Assembly: GCA_044440125.1 (NCBI GenBank)
Contig: JBITAJ010000021.1
Location: 247,948 to 311,947 of the forward strand
Origin: Sedimentisphaeraceae bacterium JB056
GTDB lineage: Bacteria > Planctomycetota > Phycisphaerae > Sedimentisphaerales > Sedimentisphaeraceae
Length of the DNA: 64,000 nt
Reading direction: 5' to 3'
Below are positions 58,504 to 64,000 of the stretch, piece after piece. The notes below the pieces were generated by a model. The model did not search any database. It was not told where the DNA came from and saw only the letters and a program-made list of their open reading frames with translations. The translations under genes were made by a program, and so were the position numbers. Position 1 is the stretch's first letter. The number at the start of each line of letters is the position of its first letter.

Positions 58504-61128
58504 TTACCGGATTATATTTCTAATAGCATCTAAATCATTACCTTTAGGCATGATAAATAAACATTGTCCATTACTCAAAGTAGCCCATTGCTCACCAATC
58601 AATCTCTTTTCCTTAGAATCCTCATTACTCCAGCGATCTTCTCCTTTATATTCAACAACCAAATATCGTCCATCTTCCAGCATACACACAAAATCAGGAT
58701 AAAATCTGTCTGTGGATGTCTGAAACCAGAAAGAATTATTATACTTGCGTTCAAGATTTCTTACCCAGCATTTAATCTCTGGTAGCTCGTCCAAATAAAC
58801 CGCACAGTTAAATTCTTCTCCTTTATCTTTCAATTCTCCCACATGCGGATAATAATGTTTTTTGAACTTATAAGCGCCTGTGTAAAAAGATGAATACGGA
58901 TACTTGTTACGATCGAATTCAAAAACACATTCAAGCGATACTGCAACAGGCGAATCTTCACCAAACAGAAGCAATTCGCATGCTTTTTTCTCGGAAAACT
59001 GACGATAAAAATCCACTTTTTTCTCAATTGCATCACGCAATTTAATCTTATCAAGAACCAACTGATTTATCGCGTACCCTCTTTGATCGATTAAACCCAG
59101 TATTGCCTTATTCAGAAAATTCCTGAAATCAACAGGAACAATATCCTTATGTGGTATATTTCTATCCAGCCACAAAACTAAATCAGACTCATTCCAGGAA
59201 TCTGTATTTTCAAGAGATTTCATATCTTCCCATAAATATTTGAGGTATTCATACTGAACACCACCCTCTTTATCTACATCAATCTCGCCAATCTGCCCAA
59301 CTTTAGTGTTAATATTATATTCTTCTTCAGTAAGTAAAGCATCTTGTTTCGATAAATCCCATTCATAATCCATGAAATGAGTTTTCTCTAATTGATCCCA
59401 AAACGTCCCGTCTTTTATTGCCAAATGTGGAATTCTGAACGTTGGTAATTTGCGTAAATTATCCTTTTTGTATTTTTTCGCTATTGATGTTTTGTGCAAA
59501 TCATCAATTATTTTTTTCGTCTCTTCATCTTCAAACGAATGTTGAAGTTTATCTTTAATATTTTCAGGCATAATGCCTTTAATCGTAATCGTATTATTTA
59601 CAGCATCAACAGAAACAAATTCCTTTACCGATTTAGATATTTTCAAATCTGCAGGTATATCTGGAATCTTTGCGGTAATTTGCTCTGCAAACAAACCGTT
59701 ATCATCCTCCCAGTCAGGGCATAATGCCGGTTGAGATATTTCCTGAGGCTTAATCAGATCTTTAGCTTCAAGTTTCTCAAAACCATTTTGTATAAGAGCA
59801 TCTGCAAGTGAAGCGGCTACACGTGGCCAATGCGAAGAAGAGGCATAAGCATAAGCATGGTTTAACTCTTCTTCTTGCTTATTTTTTGCATTAGGCATCC
59901 TTAAAACTCTGCCTAATATCTGCTCAACTGCCTTGCTTGAATAATTTTCTGCTACGGTATAAAGTATATAAGCAAAAGGACAATCCCACCCCTCACGAAG
60001 CGCTTCTACTGTTATTACAAACCGCAAAGGACAATCTTTCTCTGATATGTTAACACCATCAAGTTCCTTAACTTTTCCGGTAGCTATTGCGATTTGCTCT
60101 TCCGGTATTAAATGGTCTTCAATCAAAGCTCTTTTTAATATTTCAGGAGTGATTACTTCTTTATCTTTATTTTTCTTCTGCGCCTGTAAAAGCATTACAG
60201 GTCTTATATATTCTCCACTCTGCTGTTGCTCAAGCGAAGCTTTCTTTTCAAGACCCGCCCTGACAGAGACTGCATGTGCAAGTAATTGTTCCCAATTACT
60301 GTTAGTCTCAAGCCTGATAGGTATTTTGATCATTTCCTCTGCTTTGAGTTCTGCTGCCGTAGCCCTGTAAAGAATATTGCTGGGATTATTTTTAGTATCA
60401 GGCGTTGCCGTAAATTCTAAAATACACGATGGTGCAAATCTTGCTAAAACAGTAAAAGAAAGTTCCGTTCTTGCATTATGAGCCTCATCAACTATAACAA
60501 TAGGATGCCTGAGCTTAAGAACGTTAGCTAAAGACTGTACAGGCTTTCCGTTTTCATAACAATCAAGCTCTTTTGACTGCTCAGGGCTTATTTTATCAAA
60601 ATGATGATTCAATTCTCCCGCTGCCTCATACACTTTTCTGCCTTCTGTATCGTCAACCCTGAAAGCCTGCATTGTTGATACGATAACCACCGTTTGCCCG
60701 TCAGCGACTGGTTTCTGTAAATATAATGCCTGAGATACATCTAAAACCTCTATTCGCCCAACTGCCGCCTCTAAAGCTTCCCTGCAGTGATGCCGTCTGT
60801 CCCGTAACGCTTTCAACGTTTGCTCTTTTATAGCATTTGAAGGCACAAGCCACAATATTACATTATGACTGTTTCCAAGCAATTCTCTCTGTGCAATACC
60901 TGCCGCATGGCAAGCCATCAATGTTTTACCGCCACCGGTAGGTATCCGCAAACAGACATAAGGCAAACCGGGAAGTTCTTCCACATTATGATAGGGGATG
61001 CCTCGTCCCCACCATTTACGTGTAGTTTGATAGAAAGCATCATCCGCATTCTCCGTTTTACGGCAACCTGTAAAATAATCCCTTAAAGCATCTAATGCGC
61101 GTTGTTGATATCCCTTTAACTGCAACAT
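58504..61128 (-). CDS. res: Type III restriction endonuclease Res subunit
   Basis: PTGGGKT Walker A, IVDEAH, TATP, EGWD, Q.LGR.LR; C-terminal YPDF...VVEYKG PD-(D/E)xK nuclease. Confidence 0.9.
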   Translation of the reverse strand: MLQLKGYQQRALDALRDYFTGCRKTENADDAFYQTTRKWWGRGIPYHNVEELPGLPYVCLRIPTGGGKTLMACHAAGIAQRELLGNSHNVILWLVPSNAIKEQTLKALRDRRHHCREALEAAVGRIEVLDVSQALYLQKPVADGQTVVIVSTMQAFRVDDTEGRKVYEAAGELNHHFDKISPEQSKELDCYENGKPVQSLANVLKLRHPIVIVDEAHNARTELSFTVLARFAPSCILEFTATPDTKNNPSNILYRATAAELKAEEMIKIPIRLETNSNWEQLLAHAVSVRAGLEKKASLEQQQSGEYIRPVMLLQAQKKNKDKEVITPEILKRALIEDHLIPEEQIAIATGKVKELDGVNISEKDCPLRFVITVEALREGWDCPFAYILYTVAENYSSKAVEQILGRVLRMPNAKNKQEEELNHAYAYASSSHWPRVAASLADALIQNGFEKLEAKDLIKPQEISQPALCPDWEDDNGLFAEQITAKIPDIPADLKISKSVKEFVSVDAVNNTITIKGIMPENIKDKLQHSFEDEETKKIIDDLHKTSIAKKYKKDNLRKLPTFRIPHLAIKDGTFWDQLEKTHFMDYEWDLSKQDALLTEEEYNINTKVGQIGEIDVDKEGGVQYEYLKYLWEDMKSLENTDSWNESDLVLWLDRNIPHKDIVPVDFRNFLNKAILGLIDQRGYAINQLVLDKIKLRDAIEKKVDFYRQFSEKKACELLLFGEDSPVAVSLECVFEFDRNKYPYSSFYTGAYKFKKHYYPHVGELKDKGEEFNCAVYLDELPEIKCWVRNLERKYNNSFWFQTSTDRFYPDFVCMLEDGRYLVVEYKGEDRWSNEDSKEKRLIGEQWATLSNGQCLFIMPKGNDLDAIRNIIR

Positions 61129-61129
61129 A

Positions 61130-62740
61130 CTAATTTATCCTTATCTCATACGGTGTCTGCTTAAAAACTATTCCCTCACTCTGAAGACGCTTTGAACTCA
61201 AACGGCACGCATTGCCGTATATAACTCTAAGCCCATCATGCGGAGGCAATATATCTAAAACTTTACCAGTCAGCACATTACCGCCGTTTACTCTCTTATC
61301 TTTCAGAATCCCATTATAAAGCAGATAAATACCAGTATCTTTATAAACTCCAATCAACGGAGAACTTTTCTTGAGTTGTTTTGGCAAAGGCTCTCCGGTC
61401 TCTGTAAAATAAACATGCCTTGCAAGTTCATTAAAAGAAACCTCATCCCTTATCTGACCTTCAGAATCAAATAATGTACTGCCAAGTTCTACATAACAAA
61501 AACCGCCTCCGGTTCCTTCAACTTCTACTACCTTATTCTTCTGTGAATATGTATATCCATCTATTGCAAATTTAAGCCTGCTGCGGGTTATCTCCGAGCA
61601 CACATTGGGCTCAATTTCAACAAGAATAAATTTCCTGTTTCCGCCGTCTTTATTCATTTTTAATACAGAATGCCCCGTTGCCCCACTGCCTGCGAAAGAA
61701 TCAAGAATTATATCATCCTTACCGCAAGAGAGCTGGATAATCCTTTCAATAAGCTTTGTCGGCTTAGGTGTATCAAAAATACTTGCTCCATCCTCGGATA
61801 TTTTCTTCAATTCTTGCTTCGCTTCCTGATTATGCCCAACCTCATTATGAAACCAAATAGTTGTCGAAGTCATTCCTTGCTTAACATCTGTTAAAAATCT
61901 TTTAATTCTAGGAACATTTGAACCATCTTTCCCAAAATATATTCTGTCATCATCCACCATCTCTTGAAATTTTTCTTTTGATACTCTCCAACAATATCCT
62001 TGCGGAGGATTAACTATCCGACCACTTGGAGTCTTTATTGGGTAATCAGTTTCTGAAGAATATGTTTTAACCGATAAATCTCCTGATGTCCATGCACCTC
62101 TTGAATCATTATCTGGATTTTTATATCTCTTATCCATTTCTGCGGTTCTTGGTAAAAGATTAGGTCTCCATATTTCTTTATTTTTAGCGTATATCAAAAT
62201 ATGATCATGAGAATCGGAAAGCCATTTAGCATCATTTTGCGGAGAAAATTTCTTTTGCCAAATAACATTGCTTACAAAATTCTGCCTTCCAAATATTTCA
62301 TCGAGTAAAACTTTTAGATAATGCCCCTCGTCATCATCAATACTGACAAAAATAGCTCCGTCATCTTTGAGAAAATCTTTCAGTAAAGCCAACCTTGGAT
62401 ACATCATACAAAGCCACTTATCGCTGCGTGACAAATCTTCCCCCTTTTTGCCAACAACTTTACCAAGCCATTTTTTTATTTCAGTACTGTTTACATTATC
62501 ATTATAAACCCAGTTCTCATTCCCCGTATTGTAAGGTGGATCTATATATATACATTTCACCTTACCTGCATAGTAAGGCAGCAATGCCTTTAAAGCCTCT
62601 AAATTATCACCTTGAACAAGCAGATTACCACTGTCAGGCTCTCCAAAAGACAATCTATTATCACGCTTCAAAAGCCTGAAAGGTACTTCATTATGATGAT
62701 TAACAACAGCTTCCTTGCCTATCCAGTTCAACGTCGGCAT
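61130..62740 (-). CDS. mod: Type III R-M adenine methyltransferase Mod subunit
   Basis: MPTLNWIGK, QGDNLEALK, IYIDPPYNTG, FDTPKP, LDSFAGSGATG; 1 bp from the res start. Confidence 0.93.
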   Translation of the reverse strand: MPTLNWIGKEAVVNHHNEVPFRLLKRDNRLSFGEPDSGNLLVQGDNLEALKALLPYYAGKVKCIYIDPPYNTGNENWVYNDNVNSTEIKKWLGKVVGKKGEDLSRSDKWLCMMYPRLALLKDFLKDDGAIFVSIDDDEGHYLKVLLDEIFGRQNFVSNVIWQKKFSPQNDAKWLSDSHDHILIYAKNKEIWRPNLLPRTAEMDKRYKNPDNDSRGAWTSGDLSVKTYSSETDYPIKTPSGRIVNPPQGYCWRVSKEKFQEMVDDDRIYFGKDGSNVPRIKRFLTDVKQGMTSTTIWFHNEVGHNQEAKQELKKISEDGASIFDTPKPTKLIERIIQLSCGKDDIILDSFAGSGATGHSVLKMNKDGGNRKFILVEIEPNVCSEITRSRLKFAIDGYTYSQKNKVVEVEGTGGGFCYVELGSTLFDSEGQIRDEVSFNELARHVYFTETGEPLPKQLKKSSPLIGVYKDTGIYLLYNGILKDKRVNGGNVLTGKVLDILPPHDGLRVIYGNACRLSSKRLQSEGIVFKQTPYEIRIN

Positions 62741-62872
62741 ATCATTTCCTTAAAAACCCTTAAATACTCACTTTACTTACAACTGCAAAATTCCAATCGC
62801 TAACAAACGTCCATTATGTCCATTTCGTCCATAGAGTCCATAAAAACCCCATCAATCCCATAAAACCCTGTA

Positions 62873-63132
62873 ATCCCGTCCAAAAATAATCTGTCAAAAA
62901 ACTTCAAACCCTTAAATCACTTCATGGTAAAAACAATTAGTAGTTCTTTCAATCCCCCGCACCTTACTATTGAACTATTGAACTTTTCACACATTTCCAA
63001 CGTTTCCAGCTTACAGCTTACAGCTAATTGCTAATTGCTAATCACTAATCGCTTACACCTAATTCCTAATTGTCCACTAATAACTAAGTCCATTATGTCA
63101 ATTTCGTCCATAGAGTCCATAAAAAACTTCAT
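62873..63132 (+). repeat. ~250-bp direct repeat, copy 2 (copy 1 at 58052-58304)
   Basis: Direct alignment with copy 1. Confidence 0.93.
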
Positions 63133-63329
63133 CCCCTTAATGCCCTTCATGGTTAAACATAAAAATCCCGTCCCAAGCATTCCTAATTCCTAATTTGTAA
63201 TTTATAATTATTTAGTGATTTTCGTGTGATTCGTGGTTAAACACTATCCCACATATCCAGTAATCCCGTCAAAAAAACTTCATGCCCTTCATTATCTTCA
63301 TGGTAATAATTACATTATTTGCGTCTTTG

Positions 63330-63549
63330 CGTCTTAGCGTTAATCTGTCAACCATCACGGCGTAAACCATATTTTCTACTCGCTGCTATCTGCGAACCAC
63401 GAACTGCTATCTATGATAATTGTTAACTGTTAACTGAATCACGTCTTAGCGTTAATCCGCCAACCATCACGGCGAAAGCCATATTTTCTACTCGCTGCTA
63501 TCTGCGAACCACGAACTGCTATCTATGATAATTGTTAACCGCTAACTGA
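63330..63549 (+). repeat. Tandem duplication with 112-bp period (2 copies)
   Basis: CGTCTTAGCGTTAATC...TTTTCTACTCGCTGCTATCTGCGAACCACGAACTGCTATCTATGATAATTGTTAAC at 63330-63437 and 63442-63549. Confidence 0.93.
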
Positions 63550-63859
63550 TAACGGAATCCCATCTCCCCTCCGTATCCCTCCAACTCCTCTACTAACTTC
63601 TATCTTCTAACTTCTCATAAAAAATGCATCTCACCACAGAGGCTCGCCGAGGCACACGGAGCTAAGACATCAATATTATAATCCACACTAAAACTTCATT
63701 ACCTTAATTATCTTCATGGTTAAACCATAAAATTCGTGAGCGACAGCGAACCCCTCCATTCCTAATTCCTAATTTGTAATTCGTAATTAATTAGCGTCTA
63801 TTGCGTCTTTGCGTTAAATCCAGCAACATAGTGTTAAAACCCTCGATTTTTCCGAGTCC

Positions 63860-64000
63860 GTAACCGTTCACAGCAGTGAAGGAAGTAGATTATTATTCCA
63901 GTGGGCAAGTACTGATTGATGAAGGAAATCGAACACATCTCGGTTCTGTTTTTTGCAGGTTGCGATTGTACTCCAGATACGTTCGCACCAGCGAATACCT
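63860..64000 (-). mobile_element. End of an IS66-family element (terminal inverted repeat plus transposase C-terminus)
   Basis: Terminus GTAACCGTTCAC at 63860; minus frame reads GIRWCERIWSTIATCKKQNRDVFDFLHQSVLAHW...PSLL* with stop at 63868-63870, typical of IS66 TnpC ends. Confidence 0.8.

Noticed and set aside
62545..62562. (TA)n tract in mod as a phase-variation switch
   Set aside because: Only about five units, encoding the conserved CIYID before DPPY; the ORF is in frame.
57790..63855. CRISPR array or integron attC array
   Set aside because: No constant repeat with unique equal-length spacers, no cas or intI gene, and the modules are direct microrepeats rather than attC-type palindromes.

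Overview
Low-GC bacterial window whose gene content (prepilin-type [13 protein letters not shown]1559-like proteins, secreted proteins ending in a Cys-flanked dockerin-like domain) points to a Planctomycetota genome, probably Phycisphaerae/Sedimentisphaerales (inference). Positions 1-42.5 kb are accessory DNA with three carbohydrate or small-molecule utilisation modules. A ~30.7 kb island lies between an intact tRNA-Asp(GTC) at 42584-42657 and a 94-bp displaced copy of its 3' end plus downstream flank at 11808-11901. It carries a broken tyrosine recombinase, and internal direct repeats delimit its modules. Positions 42.7-57.7 kb are mostly housekeeping genes (AraC, URO-D, UDG, TlpA, tsaD, larB, nnrD, rmuC) plus two tandem secreted vanadium-haloperoxidase-like genes, an NSS transporter and an amidohydrolase that has lost its metal ligands. 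The last 6 kb holds the most unusual structure: a Type III restriction-modification operon between two gene-free, strand-polarised mosaics of many different 7-9-nt-period microrepeat modules, which share a ~250-bp direct repeat. The window ends in an IS66 terminus.
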